A DNA stretch of 55,722 nucleotides from a virus. Lineage: Duplodnaviria > Caudoviricetes. The notes under the pieces were generated by a model. It did no database searches. It saw only the letters and a program-made list of their open reading frames with translations, and was not told the origin of the DNA. Of this stretch, positions 7,777 through 17,415 are shown piece after piece. The translations under genes and the position numbers were made by a program. The stretch lies in IMG/VR virus record IMGVR_UViG_3300042923_000857, positions 1 to 55,722 of that record. One strand, written 5' to 3'. Positions within the stretch are counted from its first letter, which is position 1, and each line of letters opens with the position of its first letter.

Positions 7777-8457
7777 ATGAAAAGAAAGATTGTCTTATCG
7801 CTGATCATTGTTTTAGTACTAATCTCATCCGTTTCTTTCGGAGCTTTCGCTGCAACAAAAATGAAGGTGATTGTAAACGGAAAAACATCCACAGTTGATC
7901 CGATTGTTATCAAAGGAGTGACCTATGTTCCACTTAGAGCTGCAGCCGACATGCTAGGAGCAAAGGTTAATTTTGACGCTTCCACTAACACTGTTAGAAT
8001 TACAGGTTCGGGCTCTGAAACATCAAGCAGCCCGGCATCAAAACCAAAGTCCTACAATGTCGACGTAACAGTCAATAGCGGACCAATGATTCTAAAAATA
8101 TCAAAGGTTACGTTAGACCCTGCTTACAAGCAGTACTCTTTTGAATCTGCGAGCCACAATGCTTTAGTCTTTGATGTCACTGTAGAAAATACCTCTACGG
8201 ATAAATTGACTTGGTATGTAGATCAAACTCAGCTAGTTTTGAACACGAAGGAGCAAATCGAGAGTGGATTAATGACAGAGGATCGAATTTCTTCCGATTT
8301 CAATGGGAAGGTAATAAAAAAGGGGCAAATTGCGTATGAGGTTAAAAACAGTACGCTCGAGGAAGTTAAAAATATAAGGTTGCTCATTAAATATGTGATA
8401 GACGCGAACTTCGATACTGTTGCGGAAGACACAGAAACAGAAATCACCCTAGAATAA
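7777..8457 (+). CDS. Secreted/surface protein: signal peptide, copper amine oxidase N-terminal (stalk) domain, Ig-like domain (moron)
   Basis: MKRK plus hydrophobic signal ending AFA; IKGVTYVPLRAAADMLGAKVNFD motif; FDVTVENTS beta-sandwich; opposite strand to the late genes. Confidence 0.75.
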   Translation: MKRKIVLSLIIVLVLISSVSFGAFAATKMKVIVNGKTSTVDPIVIKGVTYVPLRAAADMLGAKVNFDASTNTVRITGSGSETSSSPASKPKSYNVDVTVNSGPMILKISKVTLDPAYKQYSFESASHNALVFDVTVENTSTDKLTWYVDQTQLVLNTKEQIESGLMTEDRISSDFNGKVIKKGQIAYEVKNSTLEEVKNIRLLIKYVIDANFDTVAEDTETEITLE

Positions 8458-8500
8458 AAATAATCCCCGCTCTGACCCACTTGGGCCAAGGCGGGGATTT
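8456..8500. terminator. Bidirectional terminator between the moron and the endolysin
   Basis: AATCCCCGC...GCGGGGATT hairpin between convergent stop codons. Confidence 0.7.
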
Positions 8501-8502
8501 CA

Positions 8503-10068
8503 TTAATCCTTATCGATAAACACAGTATTACTATCCTTATCCCATTTAACTTTTGCCCCTAAAGCTTCGGCGACCGCTCGAGCTGGTGTAAAGGTTACGC
8601 CATTCTCTACATATCCACTCGGTACCTTTACTCCATTCACAATGACATTTATCTCCACTTTCACTTCCTCTTCCTCCTTCCCGTTCCAGAACAACCCTTC
8701 TGCATAAGCTTCGTTGAAGTCGACATCAACTCCGCCTAAAGATGTGCTGTTCTTGTACTGCCACATGTCCGCATGCTGGCTTTTCTTTCCGTCGCTCCAA
8801 GCGTAGGTCTGCCAATAATATTGACAAGCATCGCGGTTAGCCATTTCCTCGATCACTTCATAATGGCCGTAAACGCCGACTTGATATCCTTGGAGCTCCG
8901 CTTGTGCCGCCCTCAAATAAGTCTCGATTGCATCGTAGTCCTTTGCTTGTACGTCGTAATCAACGGCCATGAAGATCGCGGATCCCGTTGGTTGGGCGAT
9001 TGCTTTAGCTTCGGCAAGTGCCGCTTTGCCGTCGACTTTACCGTTTGCAGCACCGCCAGCCGGGCGATTGGTGGTAAGCTGAAACACAGATGCTAGGCGC
9101 AAACCAGCATCTTCGATCGCAACTACTTCTTTCCGGGTTAGCCGTTTCCAAGCATAAGTTTCCGGTACCAGATACCGAACGGCGAACTTGGCGCCTTTCT
9201 CTGCTACCGCCTTTGCCGTTGCTGCCGTTAAAGGCTTCGCGCAATCGATTCCGAATAAAGCCTTTTTAACCGGAAATAGAACGGCGGGATCGAACTTAAT
9301 TGCAATTCCATGATGGATGTTACGTTGGACTTGCTTTTCACTCATATCGGCGACGTGGTAATCACGCTTGATATCCAGTGCATCGAGTAGCTGTTGGTTA
9401 TTCGTTGCGAGTGTAGCCGATCCGCCCCCGTCTCCACTAGCTGAGTTAACATATCCGAAATGTTCCGCCGCGACGCCCGACTCCAGCGCACTAAGACCGC
9501 GATCGGTTTCGCCTCTGCCGTCGACAAGAAGAATGCCTAACGTGCCGTCCGCGTTCGTGCCGAACACAATGCGAGATTGGACGGCGGCGACATCCGCAGG
9601 CGTCTTTTCCTGAGTCCGTAGCGCACTTAAGGCTTTTCCACCTTCGGTTATAGTCGGGACAACAACGACGCCCCAATCCAGCCCCTCCGGGCTCTCTTGC
9701 CGACCAATCCCGAAGCGTCCGTCTTTCCGGTAAAAATGCGGACGCTGTTCCGTTTTTCCCGCTACATCCGAAAAGATGATTTTACCCATTTGAAACGTCT
9801 TTCCCAGCAACGAACCGTTTGCTTCATTGAAAAATGGGGCATTCACGACAATCCAGTTACCGCCATGTTTTTTCACGAGGTCGGCCAATATCGCGGAAGC
9901 AGCTTTGCCTTTCGCAATTACGAGCTCCGTCTGAATGACAGCTGCAGGCGGGATATCTAGGACCCGGATATCTGTCCACCCATTTGCCTTAGAAAAAGAA
10001 CCGCTATAGTCCAGCGGCCCCTCTTCAAGCTTATTGGCTTTTACTCGAACGCGAGTATGTTTAATCAT
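8503..10068 (-). CDS. Endolysin: phosphodiester-glycosidase (NAGPA-like) domain, DUF1906 glycoside hydrolase, copper amine oxidase N-terminal binding domain
   Basis: LLVDGRG...GDGGGS; GIDC...AVRYL...AVDYD...WQTYAWS; ENGVTFTPARAVAEALGAKVKWD; follows the holins. Confidence 0.8.
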   Translation of the reverse strand: MIKHTRVRVKANKLEEGPLDYSGSFSKANGWTDIRVLDIPPAAVIQTELVIAKGKAASAILADLVKKHGGNWIVVNAPFFNEANGSLLGKTFQMGKIIFSDVAGKTEQRPHFYRKDGRFGIGRQESPEGLDWGVVVVPTITEGGKALSALRTQEKTPADVAAVQSRIVFGTNADGTLGILLVDGRGETDRGLSALESGVAAEHFGYVNSASGDGGGSATLATNNQQLLDALDIKRDYHVADMSEKQVQRNIHHGIAIKFDPAVLFPVKKALFGIDCAKPLTAATAKAVAEKGAKFAVRYLVPETYAWKRLTRKEVVAIEDAGLRLASVFQLTTNRPAGGAANGKVDGKAALAEAKAIAQPTGSAIFMAVDYDVQAKDYDAIETYLRAAQAELQGYQVGVYGHYEVIEEMANRDACQYYWQTYAWSDGKKSQHADMWQYKNSTSLGGVDVDFNEAYAEGLFWNGKEEEEVKVEINVIVNGVKVPSGYVENGVTFTPARAVAEALGAKVKWDKDSNTVFIDKD

Positions 10069-10424
10069 TTGGCCTTCTCCTTAACTTTGGCATTGTAGTC
10101 GAGCACCGCTTTTTCAATGGCGGCTCTGATTGCATCCTTGCCAACTTCAATTCCATAATCACTTGCACGATCTAAGAGATACGCAAGTGCCTCTTTTAAC
10201 TTCCTATCTCCTCCGTACTCCTTATAAACCGACTCAGCATATGCCATTCCTTCTTGTGCCAGCCGATGTAATATCTCGCGTTGCTGTAGGTTTGTGCGGC
10301 TCTCTAGCCAAGCGGTAATCTTGACCCTGAGCGATGCGATAACTCCCAGCACAAACGTAACAAGGAGCCCGACAAGGGCTCCCACGATGCCATCAATATA
10401 CGGTTGTAATATTTCCAAAACCAT
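10065..10424 (-). CDS. Holin (LL-H-like)
   Basis: N-terminal TM; YAE...GGDRKLKEAL...IRAAIEKAV pattern; position in the lysis module. Confidence 0.8.
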   Translation of the reverse strand: MVLEILQPYIDGIVGALVGLLVTFVLGVIASLRVKITAWLESRTNLQQREILHRLAQEGMAYAESVYKEYGGDRKLKEALAYLLDRASDYGIEVGKDAIRAAIEKAVLDYNAKVKEKAK

Positions 10425-10444
10425 CAACCTCCGTTTTTATAATT

Positions 10445-10732
10445 TTATTCTTCGAGCTTATCTAGACGCTTGTGCGCTTGTTTAGACGACTCTTCAACCC
10501 TTGTTACTCGCTCGGAAAGAGCGTCGAACCTTTGACCCTGTACTCGTTGTTCAACGCGCATATCATCAACGCCGCGTTTGATGTATTCAACATCCGTTTG
10601 GAGAGTGGCATTCTGACGAGCCTCTACTGCCACATCCTGACGTATTGTACGAGAGCGACCTGACCAACCCAACACTATCCCGCTAATGGCCGCAATCACT
10701 GATATACCCGCCAACCAAACCGCCGTATCCAC
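10445..10732 (-). CDS. XhlA-like/holin accessory protein
   Basis: One TM plus coiled coil ending RVTRVEESSKQAHKRLD; GTG start after GGAGG. Confidence 0.75.
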   Translation of the reverse strand: MDTAVWLAGISVIAAISGIVLGWSGRSRTIRQDVAVEARQNATLQTDVEYIKRGVDDMRVEQRVQGQRFDALSERVTRVEESSKQAHKRLDKLEE

Positions 10733-10777
10733 CCGCCCCACCTCCAATAGAAATAGCCCCGCGACTGCGAGGCTGGT

Positions 10778-13045
10778 TTAAGGCATGTTCGGGGAGTACC
10801 CAACGATATGCCATTTAAGATTTTGGAAAACACGGTAAGTAACGGAACCCCTAGTATTTATCGCGAGCACTGTATTTGTTCCGTCGATCGGGTCAATGAC
10901 CGTCAAAGTGAACGCCGCTTTATTATGCTTAAGGATCGTAAACTCCAAGCCATCAAATAAACCTGTCGACGGGAGTGTAACCGTGCGGTTTGCCGTTAAT
11001 TGATTGTGCTTGCGGTATGGTAAGTCAGATGCAACGAGCACAACGTTAGCGTCTGGCGCATCCACGGATTGCATTCTTTGCGCTCTATCGGCATCAATTC
11101 TAGGTGTCCACGATGAATCGTAACGTTGTACTGGAGAGAATACGCGCAAGCCAGCTGCACAAATGAAATCATCTGCTTTTGTTGCATACACATTACCGCC
11201 ATTGAGAAGTGCGGCATCCGCTATTAGCCCGTTCACCATAAGCTTTCCGGTTGTCGGTGATGCCAGACCATCTGGCGAGTTGCAGTTCACAAGGAACGTT
11301 GAGCCACCCCCGCTTATCGGAATGTTCGTAATCGTGCATCCTATGATGTCAACAGTGGAGTTTGAAAAATTCCAAAAGAAGTAATTGCCTCCGCCTGTAT
11401 TTATGGTTGATTGTTCGGCTCGACAGTTGAGCATCGTGACGTTGTAACATCCTGTAATCTCAATTTGTGGATATCCGGGCCCAAAATTACCTTTGTTAAT
11501 CTCCACAGAATCAAGCAATACCGAGTCGCAGTAGCCTATGAATATGCAACGCTCCGTTTGTAAATCAGCGCGGATATATAGATCTTCTAACTTTATGATA
11601 GGCTGTCCTACGGCAATTTCAGGACAGAGTTGAATGGTGCCTCCCGACTGATCCCAAAAGCTACATTTTCGAGCAGTAAAGCCCCATACTGCTAACTGGA
11701 TAGCGCGATTTATTGCGATAGCATAATACCCACCGTAAAATGTAACGTTCTCGATATTCATTTCGAAAAAGCCGTCTGCCGCCCCCGCTTCGAAGAAGAT
11801 ATGAACTGCTCTAGTATTCGTAACGGGTTGTACTGAATTGTAGCTTAAAGACAAGTCTCGCACTTCCCATGAATGCGTAAGGGCCACGCTGAAAGTAAAG
11901 ATGGGTTTGTTGGCAGTATACTGAACAATCCACGTAGAGCCTCTTGACTCACCCTCAATGATGAACCCTGTCATAAACGGAATGATGATCTCGTCCGTTA
12001 TCTTATATACGCCGGCTGGGAAGACAAGACGTCTATTTCGGATATAGCCACCTAACTCTACGGTGTCGAATTTCAGTGCGTTAACAGCACGTTTTATCGA
12101 CGATGTGTCATCGGTAACACCATCAAACTTGGCGCCGTAATCACCGACATTAATGACGATATCGTGCAGGCGACGCCATCCATAAGTGTCGTCTCCCATT
12201 TTCACGCAAATATAATGCGTATCCGGTGAAGCCGCTACTCCTGTAATAGGTGTCGTCATTCCTGCCGTTGAAGTTGCGCCCGTTGATCCTGCTGAGTATA
12301 CCCCGTTGGTTTTGTTACCCACAGTGGTCAATGTTGCCGTGAAAGTAACGGTTGTTCCGGATCCTCCGGTTATCCACCCGGGAAACGAAGCAGCGCGAAT
12401 CGCAGTCGCAACAAGAGTCGCCGTATTCTGAGCCGTTGTAAGCGCAACTGTCTTTGCTACTCCGTCCAGAGTAATTGTTACATTGCCGGATGTCGTACAG
12501 GGATTGTTAATCGTAAGGGAGTTTACTTCCCAAACATTCGCTGCCCCTTGTACTAGATACTCCCTTCCTCGATAGGTCGCGCTTGGAGTTGGCAGTAAAG
12601 AGATATTGGAGACAATTGTTATCCCTCCGCCTCCGCCACCGGCATTCCATGTAGCCTTTTCGGCGTCTGTTACAAACCGATGAGTAGAATCTTCCGTTAT
12701 TGTTGATGCCGTATGAACATGGCTATCATCAGCAACTACCACAGTTATACTTGCATTTGCCGAACCATCAAAGCTAACAGAACCGCTTGCATCACCAGTC
12801 AGAGTGATTGTGCGAGCTGTTTGTAACTTCGCTGCTTGGTCAACTACGCCATTATTATTGGAGTCATAAATAGCTTTAAGCATGTCTCCGGTGCCGGGAC
12901 CACTGCCACCACCAGCATTCCAAGTGGCTATTTCTACGTCGGTAACAAAGCGATGCTCTGAATCCTCAACTATCGATGTTGCTGGTAATGCATCCAGCTT
13001 GGAATCGGTGTATTTTTTACTTGCACCTAAGGTTAATAAATCCAT
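10778..13045 (-). CDS. Tailspike/depolymerase with pectate-lyase-like beta-helix
   Basis: INVGDYGAKFDGVTDDT...LVFPAGVYKITD motif; fiber-like N-terminus with duplicated EDSxHRFVTDxExATWNAGGG. Confidence 0.8.
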   Translation of the reverse strand: MDLLTLGASKKYTDSKLDALPATSIVEDSEHRFVTDVEIATWNAGGGSGPGTGDMLKAIYDSNNNGVVDQAAKLQTARTITLTGDASGSVSFDGSANASITVVVADDSHVHTASTITEDSTHRFVTDAEKATWNAGGGGGGITIVSNISLLPTPSATYRGREYLVQGAANVWEVNSLTINNPCTTSGNVTITLDGVAKTVALTTAQNTATLVATAIRAASFPGWITGGSGTTVTFTATLTTVGNKTNGVYSAGSTGATSTAGMTTPITGVAASPDTHYICVKMGDDTYGWRRLHDIVINVGDYGAKFDGVTDDTSSIKRAVNALKFDTVELGGYIRNRRLVFPAGVYKITDEIIIPFMTGFIIEGESRGSTWIVQYTANKPIFTFSVALTHSWEVRDLSLSYNSVQPVTNTRAVHIFFEAGAADGFFEMNIENVTFYGGYYAIAINRAIQLAVWGFTARKCSFWDQSGGTIQLCPEIAVGQPIIKLEDLYIRADLQTERCIFIGYCDSVLLDSVEINKGNFGPGYPQIEITGCYNVTMLNCRAEQSTINTGGGNYFFWNFSNSTVDIIGCTITNIPISGGGSTFLVNCNSPDGLASPTTGKLMVNGLIADAALLNGGNVYATKADDFICAAGLRVFSPVQRYDSSWTPRIDADRAQRMQSVDAPDANVVLVASDLPYRKHNQLTANRTVTLPSTGLFDGLEFTILKHNKAAFTLTVIDPIDGTNTVLAINTRGSVTYRVFQNLKWHIVGYSPNMP

Positions 13046-13083
13046 TGCCCCGCATCCTTTCTCCATCGCTTTTCGGAGCTAAT

Positions 13084-13113
13084 AAAAAAAGCCCCGCGCT
13101 TATGCGGAAGCTT
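13084..13113 (-). terminator. Intrinsic terminator inside the late region
   Basis: AAGCTTCCGC...GCGGGGCTT followed by a T run. Confidence 0.6.
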
Positions 13114-13243
13114 CATATGCATCGCCTGTGATCGTCTCATATTGCTCGGCTGTGATCTTACCAACGATCACTCCGTCTGCAACCATTCCTTTTGTCCAAA
13201 GCTCCGCGTCGTAAAACTTCTTGATTCGATTGAACCACGCCAT
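13100..13243 (-). CDS. xkdX: XkdX-family protein (47 aa, MAWFNRIKKFYDAELWTKGMVADGVIVGKITAEQYETITG...)
   Basis: Hand-translated; IKxFY...V..GKITxEQYxxITG motif; GGGAGG RBS. Confidence 0.8.
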   Translation of the reverse strand: MAWFNRIKKFYDAELWTKGMVADGVIVGKITAEQYETITGDAYEASA

Positions 13244-13244
13244 T

Positions 13245-13583
13245 CTAAACGCCTCCCAGCATCATGACTTCGTACCACAGTGCGGAAACTTCCGTTTCAT
13301 TTGCTTCGACTTTAGCGGATTGAATCATGTTCTCGTACCATAGCGCCGCGTTGTCGGCTTCAAGCTGCTCGATCCGGATCTGTTCTGCCGTCGGTTCCGG
13401 TTCCGGTATTGGCTCAGGCTCCGGATCATATCTAGTCCAAATACCTTCCAAGAAGATATCTCCGAGTCTAATGTCTTCATCAATCAGTAAAATCATAAAA
13501 GGGTTGTCTACTTCGCCTGATATTTCAGACAAGCCGAAGCACATTCCGTTCTCATTTATTTGTGCATACTTGTACATTATCAC
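13245..13583 (-). CDS. Tail fiber assembly protein (XkdW-like position)
   Basis: YAQINENG...PEPEP...coiled coil; lies between the fiber gene and xkdX. Confidence 0.6.
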   Translation of the reverse strand: MIMYKYAQINENGMCFGLSEISGEVDNPFMILLIDEDIRLGDIFLEGIWTRYDPEPEPIPEPEPTAEQIRIEQLEADNAALWYENMIQSAKVEANETEVSALWYEVMMLGGV

Positions 13584-13592
13584 TTCACCTCA

Positions 13593-14282
13593 CTAGTAAG
13601 ACTCTATGACTTCCCAAGATAAGTCTAAGGGTGTTGTTTGAGAATATTGTCTGGTAATTTGTAGATTTGTTGAGGATGATAAAACTGCTCTGATAGCAGT
13701 GCCATCACCTGTATAGATGTTAGGAAAATTAATATAAGCCTTTGCCATATTGACCGCACTTATTGGTACATTTATAGTACCTGTATTGCCGGGCGACGTT
13801 ACAACCCCTCTTTGAACGCTTTTAATACCTCCCACTGGTTTCCACCCACTTCCGTCGTCATATTCGACATAACCGTTAATCGTACGGAAATGTATGCCAT
13901 CCACTGTGTCTGAGCCAAGATTCGGGACAACCGTTCTAGATGTTACTGACATCGGAGCAGTTCCGTCTGCGACTCCGGATATAAATCGTCTTCCCGTTAT
14001 ATCTCCATTTCCGTCTCGCTGAACGATCCGGTTAGCCGATGCCGCTGTCGTTGCCCCGTGAATTCCGGTTGTTGCTACTATATGGGCATCCGCGGCATCA
14101 TGAACATCCGCGATACCTTGCTCCATCTTGTTGAACAAGGCTGCACTATTTAGAGTACCTGTTTGCGTGACAGTTCCGGGAGACTGGATAAGCGTAACTT
14201 CTGTCGATGTTTCGCCGCTCTTTGTGTAACGGTTCGCGAATTCAACTATGCGGTCAAGCCAATTCGTCTTTGTATATGCCAT
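13593..14282 (-). CDS. Tail fiber/receptor-binding protein
   Basis: MAYTKTNW start, NKMEQGI, IKSVQRG...WEVIE motifs. Confidence 0.7.
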   Translation of the reverse strand: MAYTKTNWLDRIVEFANRYTKSGETSTEVTLIQSPGTVTQTGTLNSAALFNKMEQGIADVHDAADAHIVATTGIHGATTAASANRIVQRDGNGDITGRRFISGVADGTAPMSVTSRTVVPNLGSDTVDGIHFRTINGYVEYDDGSGWKPVGGIKSVQRGVVTSPGNTGTINVPISAVNMAKAYINFPNIYTGDGTAIRAVLSSSTNLQITRQYSQTTPLDLSWEVIESY

Positions 14283-14819
14283 CTATAACCTCCCCCATCC
14301 TTCTCCGCAATAGAAAGTACCGCAATAGCGGAAGCTGTCAACGACAAGCTGACCGTATTCGAAGAGTTGCATGATATTCCGTTCCAACCTGCTAGCATCC
14401 GCATCAGTAAAGCCTTTTCCGCTCGTCCATGTTTTGGACCCTAGATAACCATTCGGATGAACAAAATTGGAATGAATGGCTTCTAGGTTCTGTTCGATAC
14501 GGTTTATACCCGTAAGGAAGTCAATGCTCGCTTGAGTCCGGTTCGTGACCGTAGTCAACTCCGGCATTGGGTATTGAATGCTTTCGAGGAAGGTGAGGAT
14601 CGTGCTCGTGTTTACCTCGATGGCGTTAAAGTCATCTGAATTAATAGTATCCGACGGCGCCCAATCCACCTTTGGCGTGTACCATATCAGGGAAGAATCC
14701 ATCCAGTTGTCCCAAAACACTTCACCGCCCATAGAATCATCATACGATGTGGTTGAATCGAGTTGGTCTGCTGAATCTCCGCCAGTATAAGTGTTCCAGA
14801 GCGCATCATATTCTCTCAC
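14283..14819 (-). CDS. Baseplate/tail tip protein
   Basis: TPKVDW...DFNAIE, NRIEQN and YCGTFYCG motifs; position. Confidence 0.55.
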   Translation of the reverse strand: MREYDALWNTYTGGDSADQLDSTTSYDDSMGGEVFWDNWMDSSLIWYTPKVDWAPSDTINSDDFNAIEVNTSTILTFLESIQYPMPELTTVTNRTQASIDFLTGINRIEQNLEAIHSNFVHPNGYLGSKTWTSGKGFTDADASRLERNIMQLFEYGQLVVDSFRYCGTFYCGEGWGRL

Positions 14820-14855
14820 GGTGTCACCCGCCTTTCTGTGAGCAAGACAGACACA

Positions 14856-15284
14856 TTAAGCCACTATCTTTCCTTTGACTGTGATGCTGCCTCCGGCAAT
14901 TGCGGATATCCGAGCTCTGAAAAATACAAGACCAGTTACATCGAATTGCCATATCTCGTCTTTTCCCGTTGTCTGCGACGCTATGGATAAATCTTGCATC
15001 TTGACGCCTTGGATTGCGCACCATGCACCGCTAGTAATAGCCCCTTCGAAAATAATTGTTCTACTAGTACTAGTCCCGTTAACTTCAATGGTTAACGATT
15101 TCGCGCCTCCAACAGCTAGAGTTGTTCCGTTCACGGCAGTTGTGGCAGCATTATGGAAAACAATGTCCGTGACCTGGCTACCCGCAAGCACAACCTTTGG
15201 AGTTGATATCGCGTCGGTTCCACTAACCCAATCAGCTACCTTTTTCCATTTATCATAAAGGTCGTTAAGCGTAATGAACGCCAT
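14856..15284 (-). CDS. Virion structural/hypothetical protein
   Basis: Beta-rich ORF with RBS in the tail region. Confidence 0.5.
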   Translation of the reverse strand: MAFITLNDLYDKWKKVADWVSGTDAISTPKVVLAGSQVTDIVFHNAATTAVNGTTLAVGGAKSLTIEVNGTSTSRTIIFEGAITSGAWCAIQGVKMQDLSIASQTTGKDEIWQFDVTGLVFFRARISAIAGGSITVKGKIVA

Positions 15285-15302
15285 GCTCTCACACCTTTCG
15301 TT

Positions 15303-15623
15303 TTAGTTATTGATGGGGTACGAAATATTTTTTATCACTTCGAAATAAGTAAGCTTGCTCCAGCGGTTACCAACTGCGTCAATGATCATTAGCTCGCATG
15401 GATATCTGCCCGGCTCGATATTCGTGTCGTCGCCGCTTAATCTAACCTCAATTGCACCTTGCTCGGGATTCGTAATAACAATCCCGTTTTCGATTGTCTT
15501 GACAATGGTATCTGACACCAAAAAAAAGATGCTGCAGCCAGCTACGTCGACAGCAACATCATCTTCATCCTTTATCGTTAGCTCCAGCAAAAGGCTATTT
15601 CTGCGGTACACTGAATAGCTCAA
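15303..15623 (-). CDS. BppU-like Ig-fold baseplate protein
   Basis: ITNPEQGAIEVRLSGDDT...GRYPCEL pattern. Confidence 0.55.
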   Translation of the reverse strand: MSYSVYRRNSLLLELTIKDEDDVAVDVAGCSIFFLVSDTIVKTIENGIVITNPEQGAIEVRLSGDDTNIEPGRYPCELMIIDAVGNRWSKLTYFEVIKNISYPINN

Positions 15624-15832
15624 TTCTCGCGCCTCCTTATCACGACCTCTTCTGAATGCTTCATCGTGATCGTTATGTCTCTTGATTCAGCATTAGTAAT
15701 CGTTTTGATTGGAATGCCCAACAAGAGAATTAAATACAGTGCACTTTTAGCGTCGAGATTGAATGATTCATCCTCGTAATCCACTTCGGGGACTAACCCG
15801 GTGAGCGGCCAATATTCCCTTTGCGAGATCAT
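15620..15832 (-). CDS. Hypothetical tail-region protein
   Basis: ATG overlaps the upstream stop; coupled to the next gene. Confidence 0.45.
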   Translation of the reverse strand: MISQREYWPLTGLVPEVDYEDESFNLDAKSALYLILLLGIPIKTITNAESRDITITMKHSEEVVIRRREN

Positions 15833-17406
15833 TAATTGACCGCCCCCATCGCCTCTGTACGGGCTTGCAGATATCCTTCGTATGTTAACTCCGTCTTTGT
15901 GATCCTCGCATCCATGTTGGCTCCGAAGCTGTTCTCGATTGCAATTGAATCCGCGAGCTCGTGCACCGGATTTCCGCGCCAATTAATACTATACTTGGCC
16001 CGGTTCTGCTTTTGCCCCATTATCCAGTTCGCAACGGCCAATGCGACGGCAGATGTATTTATAAGCGTGTTTTCCTCGAGTTTAAGCGTGTCGCCTATCT
16101 CTACTCCTGAAGCGTTCACCGCCTCTGTTACGGATGTTTCAATATCCGTCCAGTAGTTAACTTCGACCCGCTTCACGACCCGCTCCAACTCAATCTTAGG
16201 CTCTTCATAGGTGTTGTCGAATGTCACATCGTCAACGACTCCGCTTTGCGGTACCTGTTTGAGCGTGATTACATTCTCCCGAGAAACATAGATATTGCAA
16301 CGGCCGGCTATTGCGATCATTTGTAATAACGATCTGCAATCCGTCTCTTTCGCGAGTGAATTTGTTGTAATGGACAGCAGCGCCGGATCAATACTGTAAT
16401 TTGTAATATTGCATTGCGCGAAAGTCTGAACGGCCAACGCATGCAATGACTTGGGGCTCGCGGTCAAACGCTCATAAGTGAAATTCACCATCAGGTCGAG
16501 ATTTGTTCTGGTCGTAAACGTCGCGGTTAATGAACCTTGCTCGCTCACCCATTCCCAGAGCATGTAGTTACCAAGCGGCACATACTCTGTTTTCCCATCC
16601 TCGAGCTCTACCCCTAACTCTGCAATGACCTGCTGACGTTGCTGGAGGTATTTGTAGAACCCCGTTGGGTTTAGGATATTGAACACCCTGTCAGAGTTGT
16701 CTACTGTGAAGCGAAACTCTGGCGAAGGTAGTTGGCCGCCTGTCATGTCCATTTCTTCAATGAGGTTAAACGAGATTAGAGTGTCGTCGGTGTATGTGAT
16801 AAGAAAGCCGAAATCGAGTTCTAATACACGCGCGCGTCTGTTGCCTACATTCCATTTTGTAATGGTCAGAACAACCTTTTTGTAATTCAAGAACTGACCG
16901 AGAAAGGCTCGCCGTGATTCGGTGTTTCCTGTCACATTGGCGCTGTCAATCAGCAAACCGGAAGCGTTGTACGCGCTAAGGTTAAAGTCGGCAGCATATT
17001 CGTTATTCAACGTGTCGAACGTTACCGTTAACCCTGCGCTAGAGTGGATCGATCCGAAGTTAACCGTAATTGTTGGGGGACTTGAGAAGGTGCCGTCCGG
17101 GCTGCATAATGACGAACTGACATAGCCGACCTCGCCGTTATTCGACGGCGTAACATCATCGGCAAATGAAAAAGAACCGTCCAACCGGAAGCGGTCCTGT
17201 TCGAGTGTCGCGAGATTGATCTTTGCTTCTCTGATGTTGCTGTTTATTTGCGCCTTCTGGCTAATCGATGGGAGCTCTGTGGTGGTAAGAATGCTCGATA
17301 CATCATCCGCTGCTGTGACATCGCTAATGTCGAAGGTGACCCTGGCGGAAACTCGGCGAGTTGGCGCATAAACCGCATCCTTATACAATTGCGTTGTTGG
17401 ATACAT
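15832..17406 (-). CDS. Tail tip/hub (Tal-like) protein
   Basis: Follows the Dit-like gene; WRGNPVHELAD C-terminal motif. Confidence 0.7.
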   Translation of the reverse strand: MYPTTQLYKDAVYAPTRRVSARVTFDISDVTAADDVSSILTTTELPSISQKAQINSNIREAKINLATLEQDRFRLDGSFSFADDVTPSNNGEVGYVSSSLCSPDGTFSSPPTITVNFGSIHSSAGLTVTFDTLNNEYAADFNLSAYNASGLLIDSANVTGNTESRRAFLGQFLNYKKVVLTITKWNVGNRRARVLELDFGFLITYTDDTLISFNLIEEMDMTGGQLPSPEFRFTVDNSDRVFNILNPTGFYKYLQQRQQVIAELGVELEDGKTEYVPLGNYMLWEWVSEQGSLTATFTTRTNLDLMVNFTYERLTASPKSLHALAVQTFAQCNITNYSIDPALLSITTNSLAKETDCRSLLQMIAIAGRCNIYVSRENVITLKQVPQSGVVDDVTFDNTYEEPKIELERVVKRVEVNYWTDIETSVTEAVNASGVEIGDTLKLEENTLINTSAVALAVANWIMGQKQNRAKYSINWRGNPVHELADSIAIENSFGANMDARITKTELTYEGYLQARTEAMGAVN

Positions 17407-17415
17407 GCGCCCTAC

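Noticed and set aside
117-8457. Arbitrium (AimR/AimP), Rap-Phr, DGR or retron systems
   Set aside because: No TPR/RRNPP receptor and no reverse transcriptase motifs were recognised anywhere in the window.
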